Shown one piece after another: positions 1-9,607 of a DNA stretch of 64,000 nt; position 1 is the stretch's first letter, and every line of letters begins with the position of its first letter. Source of the stretch: Acidobacteriota bacterium (GTDB lineage Bacteria; Acidobacteriota; UBA6911; RPQK01; JAJDTT01). Below the pieces are notes generated by a model. It ran no database searches, had not been told where the DNA came from, and saw only the letters and a program-made list of their open reading frames with translations. The position numbers were made by a program, and so were the translations under genes. Where the stretch lies: contig OZ253580.1 of assembly GCA_965263035.1 (NCBI GenBank), forward strand, positions 1,280,001 to 1,344,000, read 5' to 3'.

Positions 1-1796
1 GGCGTGACGGGGCCCAGCAGACCCTCCACCACTGGCCGGGCCGCGACCCGGACGGTGACCGGACGGGCAGTCGCCGGCGCGTCCGGGGAGACGACCAGCA
101 ACAGAGTTGCCTTCTTGTTTCTGGCTATGTACCGATCTTCGCGGCCCCGATTGATGGGCGGCGGCTGGACCGGCTCGGTCTCGGTGGCAGTCATCGCCTC
201 GACTCCGGGGGGAACGCCCTCCATGGTCAGCATGATGGCCCCCTCGAAACCCTCCTCTTGATCCGTGATCACGTTCACCGTGCCGGCCCTTCCCGCTTCC
301 AGGTTCAGGACCTCGTCCTCGATGTGGATCTTCCCCATGTGCGGCACCTGGGGACGGACCAGCACCCGGTAGCTCATCCGCCCGTCTCCATAGGTGGCCG
401 TAATGTCCCGGATCTCCAGAGTGAAATCGCCGGCCCTGGGAAACGCATGCGTGGTCTTGGGATGGATCTGTTTCTGGATCTCGGTGTTGGAGTTGAGGAA
501 GGAATGAACGTTGGTCACGACCTCCACGCCGTCGGCGTCGACGAGTTTCAGATAGGGATTGAAAAGGGGCATCGTCTTGTCCGGGGTCTCCACCTCAAGT
601 GCGATGCGGTCTCCCACCGCCGCGGAAAAGCGGACCCGATGGATCTCGCCGGGCCGCTGGAGGACGCCGGTCAGCAGGGTGGGCAGGGTGATTCGAACCG
701 GCTCCGGTCCGGCCGGCTCCTGGGGGCCCAAGCGAACCTCGGGGATGGGAGCGAAGGGGTCCGGCCGCGGCTCATTGGGGACATCCGTTTCTCCAGCATT
801 CGACTCCTTGTCCGGCCGCCGCGCCAGCGAGGGCACGGCGCGGGTCCAGAGGGCCTTCATGCGGTCCTGCGCCAAGGTCCGAGTCCAGCTGCGCTCCTCC
901 CAATCCTTCGGATCCGGTTCGCTGCGTTTTGCGGATTCGGCCGGCGCGGCGCGATCCGGTTCCGGGACGACCCGCAGAAGATACGCGTGGTCGGGGCTGG
1001 CCGTGCCCCTGAAACTGCTCACCCGGACGAAATAGGTTCCCGGTTTTTCGAACTGGTGGCTCAAGGCCGGCTCCGTGCTCGACCCGGGGTAGGAGACATC
1101 CTCCTCGTGAAAGGCCAAGCGCCGGGTGCCTTCAGGGTCGAACCAGCCGGCGGCCTTCTCGTAGAGCGTGATGGCCGGGTCCAGGGCCGGACTGGATTGG
1201 ACTCGGAGCCGCATTCTGGTTCCGGCAGGCACCTTGAACGAATAGTCGTCCACTTCGCCCACGCGGGTGATCCGGCCGTGGACCACGAGGGGATACGGGT
1301 TCAGGGCCTCGGCACCGTCGGGGAGCTGGTGAACATCTTCCGCTTCCCACTGAGCCGGCGCCCGGTGCACCCAGAAGGGGAGCGCGTTGGACAGGCCGCC
1401 CGGGGTCACCACGCGCAGCCGGCGTTCGCCCGGCTTCTCTCGTGAATCGATCCGGACCCGGAGCGTCAGCAGGTCCGCCTGGGATTCGGGGGGCGATTCC
1501 GCGTCCGCTGCCTCTCCACTCTCGGTCTCACGGCTCACGATTTCGGCAGTCAGACCCGAAGAGTCGAACCAGACCGCTCGAGCCGAAGCCAGATGCTTTC
1601 CCCGAACCGCGACTTGAACCTGGGAATCCGGCCGTCCTCCCAGGGGAAACACGGAGGACAGGGTCGGCTCGGGGAGAGGTCCGGCACCGGCGGGAACGCT
1701 CGACAGGGCAACGAGGACTGCCATCAAAACGGAAGAAAGGATCACCGGAACGAGCGGCCGTGCCGCAACGCCCAGACCTGTTCTGCTGAGTTTCAC
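1..1796 (-). CDS. Secreted PPC (pre-peptidase C-terminal) domain protein, 3' end runs off the window
   Basis: Not in the ORF track because it has no stop in the window. Read by hand from GTG at 1796: signal-like N-terminus, then PEPTLSSVFPLGGRPDSQVQVAVRGKHL...LRVVTPGGLSNALPF, typical of the Planctomycete/Acidobacterial PPC-domain proteins. The + ORF 258..1445 is its antisense shadow. Confidence 0.7.
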   Translation of the reverse strand, partial: MKLSRTGLGVAARPLVPVILSSVLMAVLVALSSVPAGAGPLPEPTLSSVFPLGGRPDSQVQVAVRGKHLASARAVWFDSSGLTAEIVSRETESGEAADAESPPESQADLLTLRVRIDSREKPGERRLRVVTPGGLSNALPFWVHRAPAQWEAEDVHQLPDGAEALNPYPLVVHGRITRVGEVDDYSFKVPAGTRMRLRVQSSPALDPAITLYEKAAGWFDPEGTRRLAFHEEDVSYPGSSTEPALSHQFEKPGTYFVRVSSFRGTASPDHAYLLRVVPEPDRAAPAESAKRSEPDPKDWEERSWTRTLAQDRMKALWTRAVPSLARRPDKESNAGETDVPNEPRPDPFAPIPEVRLGPQEPAGPEPVRITLPTLLTGVLQRPGEIHRVRFSAAVGDRIALEVETPDKTMPLFNPYLKLVDADGVEVVTNVHSFLNSNTEIQKQIHPKTTHAFPRAGDFTLEIRDITATYGDGRMSYRVLVRPQVPHMGKIHIEDEVLNLEAGRAGTVNVITDQEEGFEGAIMLTMEGVPPGVEAMTATETEPVQPPPINRGREDRYIARNKKATLLLVVSPDAPATARPVTVRVAARPVVEGLLGPVT

Positions 1797-2018
1797 TGTG
1801 ATCCAACCCCGCCGAGATACCGTATTTCCGCCCGATTTTAGTGATTCAGGCGGCCACGAGTCAATTTGACGCCGGAGAGGGAGGCTGAAACATCGCAGCC
1901 GCTCATTCGTTCCATATGGATGTGTGGAGCGAGGAGAAACGACGAGGCGGACGTCGGGAAACAGCGCCGAGGCCTAATGGAGGCCGGCGCGTAACCCAAG
2001 GAAGGAGCGAGTAACGTC

Positions 2019-2828
2019 ATGAGCATGAAACAACCGAAATTCTGGATCGCCGGGCTGCTGGGAGTCACCCTTCTGGGAGGCACCCTCGCCGCTCTCCACA
2101 GTCAACAGGCCGGGCCTGGGCGCAGGGCTTTCCGAGGGGCCGGCCTTCCTCCCGACCGGGCTCTGAAGCGGCTCGGGTTGACCGAGGAGCAGAGGGCCGA
2201 GGTCAAGAAGCTGCGCGAGAGCCACACGGCCGCGATGTCTTCTCTCCGCAAGAAGGGAGACGGCATCCGAACCCAACTGCGGGAGAAACTGGGGACGGAG
2301 GAGTCTTCCGCCGCCCAGGTCGGCGAACTCGTCAAAGAGGGGCACGACTTGAGGCAGCAGATTCGGAAGGCACGGCAATCCGCGCGGAAATCTTTGTCCG
2401 ATCTGCTGACGGCGGAACAGCGGGAGAAGATTCAACGAGGACACGAGCGCAGGGCTCGCCGGTGGCCCGCCCTTCCTCCCGACCGGGCTCTGGAGCGGCT
2501 CGGGCTGACCGAGGAGCAGAGGGCCGAGGTCGAGAAGCTGCGCGAGAGCCACACGGCCGCGATGTCTTCTCTCCGCAAGAAGGGAGACGGCATCCAAACC
2601 CGGTTGCAGGAGCAATTGGAAAGGGAGGAGTCTTCCCCCGCCAAGGTCGGTGAACTCGTCATCGAGGGACGGGACGTGAGGCAGAAAATCCGAAAGGCCC
2701 GGCAGTCCGTGCGCGAGTCCTTTTCGGCAGTGCTCACGGAGGAACAACTGGAAAAGATCGAGAAGTTTCGCGATCGGAGAGGACGACCCGGAGCTCGCCG
2801 CGGAAACCGGCCCGGCAGGAGACTCTGA
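2019..2828 (+). CDS. Spy/CpxP-family (LTxxQ motif) periplasmic chaperone-like protein with a tandem duplicated domain
   Basis: Signal peptide, four LTxEQ motifs, RBS GGAG upstream; two repeat units 327 bp apart (2144 and 2471). Confidence 0.8.
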   Translation: MSMKQPKFWIAGLLGVTLLGGTLAALHSQQAGPGRRAFRGAGLPPDRALKRLGLTEEQRAEVKKLRESHTAAMSSLRKKGDGIRTQLREKLGTEESSAAQVGELVKEGHDLRQQIRKARQSARKSLSDLLTAEQREKIQRGHERRARRWPALPPDRALERLGLTEEQRAEVEKLRESHTAAMSSLRKKGDGIQTRLQEQLEREESSPAKVGELVIEGRDVRQKIRKARQSVRESFSAVLTEEQLEKIEKFRDRRGRPGARRGNRPGRRL

Positions 2829-2838
2829 TTCGAAGCCT

Positions 2839-2870
2839 GGTGGCCGCCGATCGACTGGTCGGCGGCCACC
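2839..2870 (+). terminator. GC-rich hairpin after the Spy-like gene
   Basis: GGTGGCCGCCGA-N8-TCGGCGGCCACC, a perfect 12 bp stem; no adjacent U-tract. Confidence 0.45.
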
Positions 2871-2987
2871 GGCTGCAGTCTGCAACCTGCCCACGACCCC
2901 GACTTTCCTGATTCCCCCCTTCTTTTCTGACAAGGCAGTTCCCACACCGGCCGCCGCCCGTGGGTTCGACGGCCAGCCCACGACCCT

Positions 2988-3017
2988 TTGTATTGTAATT
3001 TACGAGTTAAAATACAA
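2988..3017. promoter_or_regulatory. AT-rich inverted repeat (putative operator) upstream of the Fic gene
   Basis: TTGTATTGTAATT-tacg-AGTTAAAATACAA, 11/13 arm match, in an AT-rich patch 45 bp before the ATG. Confidence 0.5.
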
Positions 3018-3062
3018 TAATGTGTATCGTTATTGTTCCCTCGCGAATAGGAACTACCCATC

Positions 3063-4229
3063 ATGCGACGCGGCGAAATCGGCAGCTACAGAGTGACGAA
3101 GATCGGTGGTGAAATTATTCGTGCCTTCGTGCCGGTGCCGTTGCCACCGAAACCCGCTCTGGTCCTGGATGGCTCACTGCAGCAAGCGCTTGAAGCAACC
3201 GCCGTTGCTTTGGGACGTCTCGACAGTATCGCGACATTCCTGCCGTACAAGGCGCTATTTCTGTACGCCTTTGTGCGAAAGGAAGCGGTCCTCTCCTCCC
3301 AGATCGAAGGCACGCAGTCATCCCTGTCGGATCTTTTTCTCTTTGAGCTGGCTGAAGCACCCGGGGCTCCGCTTGACGATGTGCGCCAAGTGTCCAACTA
3401 CGTGGCTGCTCTCGAGCACGGTCTGCGGCGCCTGCGAGAGGGTTTCCCGCTGTCGAACCGCCTGATCCGGGAGATTCACGGCGTATTGTTGTCCCGTGGG
3501 CGCGGCAGCACCAAGACGCCGGGAGAATTCCGCCGTTCGCAGAACTGGATCGGTGGAACCCGTCCTGGCAATGCGGCGTTCGTGCCGCCTCCACATACCG
3601 AGGTTCCGGACTGCATGACGGCGCTGGAGCGCTTCCTTCACACCGAAGACGACGGCATTGCGGTCCTGCTGCGGGCAGCCTTCGCCCACTTGCAATTCGA
3701 GACCATTCACCCCTTTCTCGACGGCAACGGACGCGTCGGACGGTTGCTCATCACTTTGCTGCTGTACCACGGCGGCGTCCTCCACGAGCCGCTCCTCTTC
3801 CTGAGCCTGTACTTCAAACAACACAGGAACACGTACTACGACCTGCTGACCAGCGTCCGCCAGACGGGAGACTGGGAGGCATGGCTCGCCTTTTTCCTCG
3901 AAGGAGTGAAGCTGACGGCCGAGGTTGCCGTCTCGACCGCCCAACGCCTGTCCCGGGTGTTCCAGAGCGACCGAAGCCTTATCGAAGCGGCCGCAGGCCG
4001 GAGGACGGGGTCAGCGCTGCGCGTCCACGAAGCGCTCAAGTCGAAGCCGATGTTGTCGCTGCCCGCGGCAGCCCGACAGACCAAGCTGTCTTTTCACGCG
4101 GCGGCTTCGGCGATGGATCTTCTGGCCGCACAGGGTATTGCAAGAGAGATCACCGGAAAGCGCCGGGGCCGGCTGTACGCCTACGACCGGTATCTTGCCA
4201 TCCTCGGAGAAGGAGCCGAAACTCCGTGA
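3063..4229 (+). CDS. Fic family protein (Fic_N + Fic/DOC + C-terminal HTH)
   Basis: Canonical HPFLDGNGRVGR catalytic motif; EAVLSSQIEGTQ inhibitory/N-terminal motif. Confidence 0.93.
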   Translation: MRRGEIGSYRVTKIGGEIIRAFVPVPLPPKPALVLDGSLQQALEATAVALGRLDSIATFLPYKALFLYAFVRKEAVLSSQIEGTQSSLSDLFLFELAEAPGAPLDDVRQVSNYVAALEHGLRRLREGFPLSNRLIREIHGVLLSRGRGSTKTPGEFRRSQNWIGGTRPGNAAFVPPPHTEVPDCMTALERFLHTEDDGIAVLLRAAFAHLQFETIHPFLDGNGRVGRLLITLLLYHGGVLHEPLLFLSLYFKQHRNTYYDLLTSVRQTGDWEAWLAFFLEGVKLTAEVAVSTAQRLSRVFQSDRSLIEAAAGRRTGSALRVHEALKSKPMLSLPAAARQTKLSFHAAASAMDLLAAQGIAREITGKRRGRLYAYDRYLAILGEGAETP

Positions 4230-4858
4230 CGCCACTACAGTTCGTGGAGGCTCTGCGGGAACAGAGTCTTGAGAACACGTTCAACCCGTATTCGGAACGG
4301 TGCGACCGGTACGACCGGAATGATGCACCGCAACTCCGTTCAAAGGCGTTGCGATCCATGCTCGAGACGGCGACGGAACGGGAGGTCGATTCCCTATGGA
4401 TCGGACGCGACCCCGGTCATCGGGGCGGACGGCGGACGGGACTCGCCTTTACGGACGACCTCCACATTCACGAGCACGCTGAACGCTGGGGGCTGTCGAT
4501 ACGGCGGCCAACCAAAGGTGAGGAAGTTTATGAGCAGACCGCTTCCGTCATCTGGAAGGCTCTCTCGCGAATCGAGTCGCCGGTTTTCTTGTGGAACGTC
4601 TTCCCCCTGCACCCCCACAAGCCGGGAAATCCCTTCAGCAATCGACCTCACAACGCCCACGAACGCAGAATCGGCGAGAAGTTTCTTTCTGAACTCATCC
4701 TGCTCCTGCAACCGCGCCGGCTGATTGCCATCGGCAATGACGCGGCGAAAACGGCTCGCCGCCTGGGCGATCGGCGGAAGGTCATTCAAGTCCGGCATCC
4801 CAGCCACGGAGGCCAGACGAAGTTTCTAGGCCAGATCGTGGAGTCGCACTTTCAATAA
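4226..4858 (+). CDS. Uracil-DNA glycosylase superfamily protein
   Basis: GTG start overlaps the Fic stop (GTGA); motifs GRDPGHRGGRRTGLAFT, WNVFPLHPH, NRP and RHPSHGG. Confidence 0.8.
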   Translation: MTPLQFVEALREQSLENTFNPYSERCDRYDRNDAPQLRSKALRSMLETATEREVDSLWIGRDPGHRGGRRTGLAFTDDLHIHEHAERWGLSIRRPTKGEEVYEQTASVIWKALSRIESPVFLWNVFPLHPHKPGNPFSNRPHNAHERRIGEKFLSELILLLQPRRLIAIGNDAAKTARRLGDRRKVIQVRHPSHGGQTKFLGQIVESHFQ

Positions 4859-4899
4859 AATAGGGAACTCACCCCAGACAAAGGCTCAACCCTTCGACA

Positions 4900-4956
4900 T
4901 TGCGTAGATACGAATCATTCCGTATACTGTGAATCACAGTAACTGTGACACTGTGA
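4900..4956 (+). promoter_or_regulatory. Sigma70 promoter with ACTGTGA operator repeats for the TA operon
   Basis: TTGCGT(4900)-17 bp-TATACT(4923); palindrome ACTGTGAATCACAGT (4926-4940) plus two more ACTGTGA copies (4942, 4950). Confidence 0.7.
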
Positions 4957-4963
4957 GTCCAAC

Positions 4964-5227
4964 GTGAAAAACATAACCGTGTCCGTAGACGAAGAAACCT
5001 ACCGGCTGTCGCGCGTCAAGGCGGCAGAAGAAGGAACTTCGGTGTCGGCACTGGTCCGCGCCTACTTGGTCGAACTGGTTCAGGGTGGCATCGCCGAGAC
5101 CCAATTCGACCGCCTGCGCCGGCTGCAGGACGAGACGTTGGAGTCCATTCGCTCTCGAGGAGCGGGCTTGAGCTCCGCCGACAACCTTTCCCGGGGTGCG
5201 CTTCACGACCGCGATGCGCTTCCTTGA
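4964..5227 (+). CDS. Ribbon-helix-helix antitoxin (VapB-like)
   Basis: MKNITVSVDEE...AAEEGTSVSALVR RHH pattern; ...SRGALHDR C-terminus; overlaps the PIN gene. Confidence 0.8.
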   Translation: MKNITVSVDEETYRLSRVKAAEEGTSVSALVRAYLVELVQGGIAETQFDRLRRLQDETLESIRSRGAGLSSADNLSRGALHDRDALP

Positions 5228-5633
5228 CACGAACGTCCTGATTTATGCCGTCAGTGCCGCCTCCGAAGATGCGGGCAAGCGGCGACGAGCCCTCGAACTG
5301 CTGGCGGGAAGAAATCTCGCATTGTCTGTTCAAGTCCTGCAGGAATTCTATGTTCAGGCTACCCGAGCCTCACGTCCCGGAGCGCTGACGCATGATGAGG
5401 CGGTGGCCTTCACCGAATCCCTGCAGCGATTCCCGGTTCAGGCAAACACCCTCGACGTCATGTGGGCGGCGTTCATCATCCGAGCGCGGTTCGGCCTGTC
5501 CTATTGGGACAGCTCCATCATTGCCGCAGCACATTTGTGCGGGTGCCGAATCGTATATTCCGAAGACCTGAGCACCGAACAGGATTACGACGGTGTACGT
5601 GTAGTCAATCCGTTCGCTTATTTACGAATGTAA
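5214..5633 (+). CDS. vapC: PIN-domain toxin (VapC family)
   Basis: FLDTNVLIY, QVLQEF, SYWDSSI, YSEDL PIN acidic motifs; ATG at 5214. Confidence 0.88.
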   Translation: MRFLDTNVLIYAVSAASEDAGKRRRALELLAGRNLALSVQVLQEFYVQATRASRPGALTHDEAVAFTESLQRFPVQANTLDVMWAAFIIRARFGLSYWDSSIIAAAHLCGCRIVYSEDLSTEQDYDGVRVVNPFAYLRM

Positions 5634-5830
5634 ACCCGGTTTCCGCTGCCCCTGAACGAGATCGCTGGGAGTCCCTCCACTGGTCAGGTTAAAGCGAATT
5701 CCTGGAAGAAATAGAGAACCGAGGGTTGGCGCCCGGAGTAGCGGTTTTCTTGCCGCCTGACTACGAACGGGATATCAGCCTGAATCGCAAGGGAAGAAGG
5801 GGGGACAAGAACGTCCCCCCTCCCAGCGTC

Positions 5831-7420
5831 CTAATGAAACTGCAACGAGAAGAGGTCGCCGTCGCGGATTTCGAACTTCATCCGAATCGTCTGGCCGGCC
5901 AGGGCGGACAGGTCGGAACCGCCCTTCCACTTGACGGTCCGCTGGAGCTCGTCGCCGAAGATGAGCTTGCAATCGTCCAGGCCATAGCCGTCCAGGGGAT
6001 CTCCCCGCTCGTCCTGGATCTCGACCCGGAGGCTTCCCGCGGCCGACGTGGAGTAGTTCAACGTGAGCCGGGAGCCTGAGAACCGGAACGGCCGGGTCCG
6101 GACGGTGCCGCCCTGAAAGTTGCCCTGCAGGGAGACAAACCCGTCCTGGCGCAGCACACCGCGCCGGATCTTGACCGACTGGGTCCCGTAGTTCTCCACG
6201 TAGTAGAGGGACATCTCGCCGTCGCCGGTGGGAACCAGGGTCGGCCCCACCTCGATGGCCCTGCCGTGCCAGTTCCGGACGTCTCGCCCGGGACGGATGA
6301 AGGCCTCGCGGAATCTCGTGAACCGGATGCCGTCCCGGCTGAACATGAAGACGATGTCCGAGAGTCCGGCGCAACCGTAGATCCAGGTGATACCCGGCAC
6401 CTCCATATCGGAGCAGTCGGGCTCGTTTCCTCTGGGGTCCATGTAGACGTGGGGCCAAGCCGGGTCGAAGACCCGCTCGGGCAGGAACCGCTTGGGAAAC
6501 ATGAGCATCAGGTCGGGTCTTCGATAGTAGGGAACGGCGGCATTTTTGTAGAGATGCTCCTCGGGCGTGCTCCGGTACTGGAGATACTCAGGCTCGGACC
6601 AGTTCCGGAAGTCCTTGGAGACGAATCTCCGAATGTCCCGGATCCTGGGCACGGTGAACTCGGTCCCCGAGGGCAACTGGCCCGTGACGTGATAGAGCTC
6701 CTTGCGGACGGTCTTGGAGCCATACGGCACGCTTCCCCGACGGTACCAGCCCCGGGCATAGATGGCATAGTGTCCGCGTCCCGGGTCCCAGAGGCCGATG
6801 TTGTGCGAGTCCAGTGCCCCGTCTTCCCACGGCGGCTGCAGCAGCTTCTGCTCCCGGATCAGGCGCCATCTCAGCCCGTCGGGAGAGACCAGGCCGAAGA
6901 TGACCGGCCGGTCGTGGTCGGCGCCCGGCTCCTTGCCGGTGGCGATGGACTTGTAGCGCTCGTCCGGCGGCGTCTGCGGGTTGGGGTCCTTGAAAATGGC
7001 GAGGGTGGAGCAGGTGACTCCCGGAATCGGCCAGACCAGATTGTTTCTCTTGGAGCCCTTGAATTCGATGAGGTTCAGTTCCGGCTTGACCCAGTGGATG
7101 CCGTCGACGCTCTCGGCGTAGGCCCAGAGGTGGGGCCGAGAGGGGCCGCCCCCCCGGTACCACATGCGGTAGAGCGACCCGTCCTTCATGACACTGGGAT
7201 CGTACAGATAGAGTCCCTCCCAGGCGCGATCCAGTTGGATGGCCACTTCCGCGGCGCGGGGCCGATGCAGCTGCCGAAAAACGCCGTCCAGCGAATCCAC
7301 CAGCCAGTCGTCCACGAAGAGCTGGAGGTCGACCCCCACGTCACGCACTTCGCGTCCGTCGGCTCCTTGCACCGAAGCGGCCAGAAACAGAGTGAAAATC
7401 GCTCGGAGGGTGACCTGCAT
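5831..7420 (-). CDS. Secreted five-bladed beta-propeller glycoside hydrolase-like protein (paralog 1)
   Basis: Signal peptide MQVTLRAIFTLFLAASVQG; family motifs QLFVDD, WEG, YAESVDGIHWVKP, SRDG, DGFVSL, DLFSLQF. Confidence 0.75.
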   Translation of the reverse strand: MQVTLRAIFTLFLAASVQGADGREVRDVGVDLQLFVDDWLVDSLDGVFRQLHRPRAAEVAIQLDRAWEGLYLYDPSVMKDGSLYRMWYRGGGPSRPHLWAYAESVDGIHWVKPELNLIEFKGSKRNNLVWPIPGVTCSTLAIFKDPNPQTPPDERYKSIATGKEPGADHDRPVIFGLVSPDGLRWRLIREQKLLQPPWEDGALDSHNIGLWDPGRGHYAIYARGWYRRGSVPYGSKTVRKELYHVTGQLPSGTEFTVPRIRDIRRFVSKDFRNWSEPEYLQYRSTPEEHLYKNAAVPYYRRPDLMLMFPKRFLPERVFDPAWPHVYMDPRGNEPDCSDMEVPGITWIYGCAGLSDIVFMFSRDGIRFTRFREAFIRPGRDVRNWHGRAIEVGPTLVPTGDGEMSLYYVENYGTQSVKIRRGVLRQDGFVSLQGNFQGGTVRTRPFRFSGSRLTLNYSTSAAGSLRVEIQDERGDPLDGYGLDDCKLIFGDELQRTVKWKGGSDLSALAGQTIRMKFEIRDGDLFSLQFH

Positions 7421-7520
7421 GTCCGCTATTCTCCATACTATTACCGACTGCGTCCAGAGAGCGCCCATCGGGGCCTTGCCGAGCAACAGAGGAGACCGAA
7501 ACGAGGGAACGATCCGAACC

Positions 7521-9407
7521 ATGAAGCACCTGAGCTCGAGATTGGCATCCATCCTGATCTTGGCGGGATGTCCGCTCCTGGCGGGGACGGAGATCGCCGT
7601 CGACATGACCATGCCGCCCCCCGGCTGGGCCCTGATGCAGCGGGAGTTGCTGCGCACCCAGGCCGAGGCGTGCCGCAAGTTCTACAAGAAGTACTTCGAC
7701 GACCGGGGATACCTGATCTGCACCGAGCGATGGGGGGCGCTCGACGGGCCCGACGACGCCATCGAGAACCTCCGGGACTGGCCCATCCTTCATTCCCTTG
7801 GCGCCTCCGACGATGTCCTGCGAATGTACAAGAAGGCCTGGGAGGGACACCTGCGGCAATACACCCTGGCCAAAACCACCGACGTGGAGTTTGCCCGCGA
7901 CGGCATGTACTTCAAGGAGTTCCACACCAAGATGGACTGGATCCACATTGGAGAGGGGCTGGTGGTTGTGGAACAGCAGGCGCTCTCCGACCCGGAGGAC
8001 GTCCTCTTCCAGCGGCGCATCCGCCGCTTCGCCGGTCTCTATATGAACGAGGACCCCGGCGCGCCCAACTACGACTCCGAACACAAGATCATCCGCAGCC
8101 TCTTCAACGGGAGCCGGGGTCCCCTGTTGCGGGACGCGCGACCCGAGGACTGGGCCGGAGACCCCATCGAGATCGAGAACCGCTTCCAGCCTCTCCACAG
8201 CGAAAAGAACTATCAGCTCATGCTGGAGCATTTCGAAGACTACACCGACATCGTCGGCGACCACCCGTTGAACCTGTTGTCCACCAGCCTGGCCACCCAC
8301 GCCTACATGCTGAGCCACGAAGAGAAATACAAGAAGTGGGTCCTGGAGTACGTGGACGCCTGGATGGAGAGGATGGAGGCCAACGGCGGGATCATTCCCT
8401 CCAAGGTGGGATTGGACGGCAAGATCGGCGGAAAGAACGGCAAGTGGTACGACGGAGCCTATGGATGGGGGTTCACGGTCCGGGTGCCCGACACCACTAC
8501 CTACGTCAACCGCAACCAGCACGAGTATGGTCTCGTGGGTTTGACCAACGCGTTTCTGCTGACCGGCGACCGCAAGTACCTGGACGCCTGGCGGCGACAG
8601 ATCGACGTAGTAAACGCCAACTCCAAGGTGGTGGACGGCCAGACGGTCTATCCTCAGATGTACGGCGATCAGGGCTGGTACGCCTACCGGCCTCAAAAAT
8701 ACTCCGAGGGCGCTTTGGACTTGTTCTACTTCCTGATGGAGAAAAAGGAGCGCGCGCTCCTACCGAGGCGCGGCTGGCTGGATTTCCTGGAGGGGAACGA
8801 TCCGGGCTATCCCGAGCGGGCGATGCAGGACGACTTCGTCACCATCCGGGACAAGATCGAGGCCATGGGCCGGGACGAAACCACTCCCGATACCCGATTG
8901 GCCGACGATCCCATGAGGTTCAGTCCTGCCCGGGTCGGCTCCCTGGTCCATCTGATGCTTGGGGCCCTGAATCACCTGGCACACGAAACCCGTTTCCAGC
9001 TCACCTTGGTGAAGAACGCCCAGGACTACATCAATCGCGGCATGGAACACCGGAAACGGATCGGTCACCTTGGGAGCCTGCTTCACGCCCGTCTGCGTTA
9101 TTTCGACCCGGACCGGAAAAGACCCGGCATTCCTCCGGACGTGGCGGCCCTGGTGACGGAGATGTCTCCGGACCGGACCACGGTCACGCTGGTCAACGTC
9201 AATCAGCTCGAGGGGAGAACTGTCATCGTCCAGGGAGGCTCCTACGGAGAGCATCAATGCCTTTCCGCGACGGTGGAGGGAGAAGAGATCCCCATCGACG
9301 ATCCGTTCTTTCGAGTTCGGCTGGGACCGGGCGCGGGAACGACGTTGGCCATCGCCATGAAGCGTTTCGCGAATCAACCGACCCTGATGCCGCCGTGGCG
9401 CCGCTGA
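7521..9407 (+). CDS. Secreted conserved hypothetical protein (possibly an alpha/alpha-toroid enzyme)
   Basis: Signal peptide MKHLSSRLASILILAGCPLLAG; strong coding-like codon usage; divergent from paralog 1. Function not recognised. Confidence 0.7.
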   Translation: MKHLSSRLASILILAGCPLLAGTEIAVDMTMPPPGWALMQRELLRTQAEACRKFYKKYFDDRGYLICTERWGALDGPDDAIENLRDWPILHSLGASDDVLRMYKKAWEGHLRQYTLAKTTDVEFARDGMYFKEFHTKMDWIHIGEGLVVVEQQALSDPEDVLFQRRIRRFAGLYMNEDPGAPNYDSEHKIIRSLFNGSRGPLLRDARPEDWAGDPIEIENRFQPLHSEKNYQLMLEHFEDYTDIVGDHPLNLLSTSLATHAYMLSHEEKYKKWVLEYVDAWMERMEANGGIIPSKVGLDGKIGGKNGKWYDGAYGWGFTVRVPDTTTYVNRNQHEYGLVGLTNAFLLTGDRKYLDAWRRQIDVVNANSKVVDGQTVYPQMYGDQGWYAYRPQKYSEGALDLFYFLMEKKERALLPRRGWLDFLEGNDPGYPERAMQDDFVTIRDKIEAMGRDETTPDTRLADDPMRFSPARVGSLVHLMLGALNHLAHETRFQLTLVKNAQDYINRGMEHRKRIGHLGSLLHARLRYFDPDRKRPGIPPDVAALVTEMSPDRTTVTLVNVNQLEGRTVIVQGGSYGEHQCLSATVEGEEIPIDDPFFRVRLGPGAGTTLAIAMKRFANQPTLMPPWRR

Positions 9408-9432
9408 TCCGGAATCCGCAAGCGCCTCCCAG

Positions 9433-9591
9433 GAGTCTGCGCGGTAGGAATGATCGTAGCGAGAAAGTGGGGAATCGAGGCCGGATTTTCTCGATTTGGA
9501 GGTGCATAGTTGTTCTATTCGCCGAGAAATCGGGGAAATATGGACCGATTCTACCGCTTTCGCAGTAGATCAATTTCTACCGCGCAGGCTC
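9433..9591 (+). mobile_element. MITE family A, copy 1 (159 bp)
   Basis: Imperfect TIR GAGTCTGCGCGGTAGGAATGATC ... GATCAATTTCTACCGCGCAGGCTC, flanked by CCAG/CCAG; three more copies in the window. Confidence 0.85.
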
Positions 9592-9607
9592 CCAGGTTGC
9601 GGAACCT

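Noticed and set aside
3063-5700. Integron cassette array (Fic, UDG, TA genes)
   Set aside because: No convincing RYYYAAC...GTTRRRY attC sites, the genes overlap each other, and there is no integrase.
6266-9568. 1100 aa ORF on the + strand
   Set aside because: Shadow ORF: antisense to the GH-like gene and out of frame with the 7521 gene; Arg/Pro/Gly-rich with no motifs.
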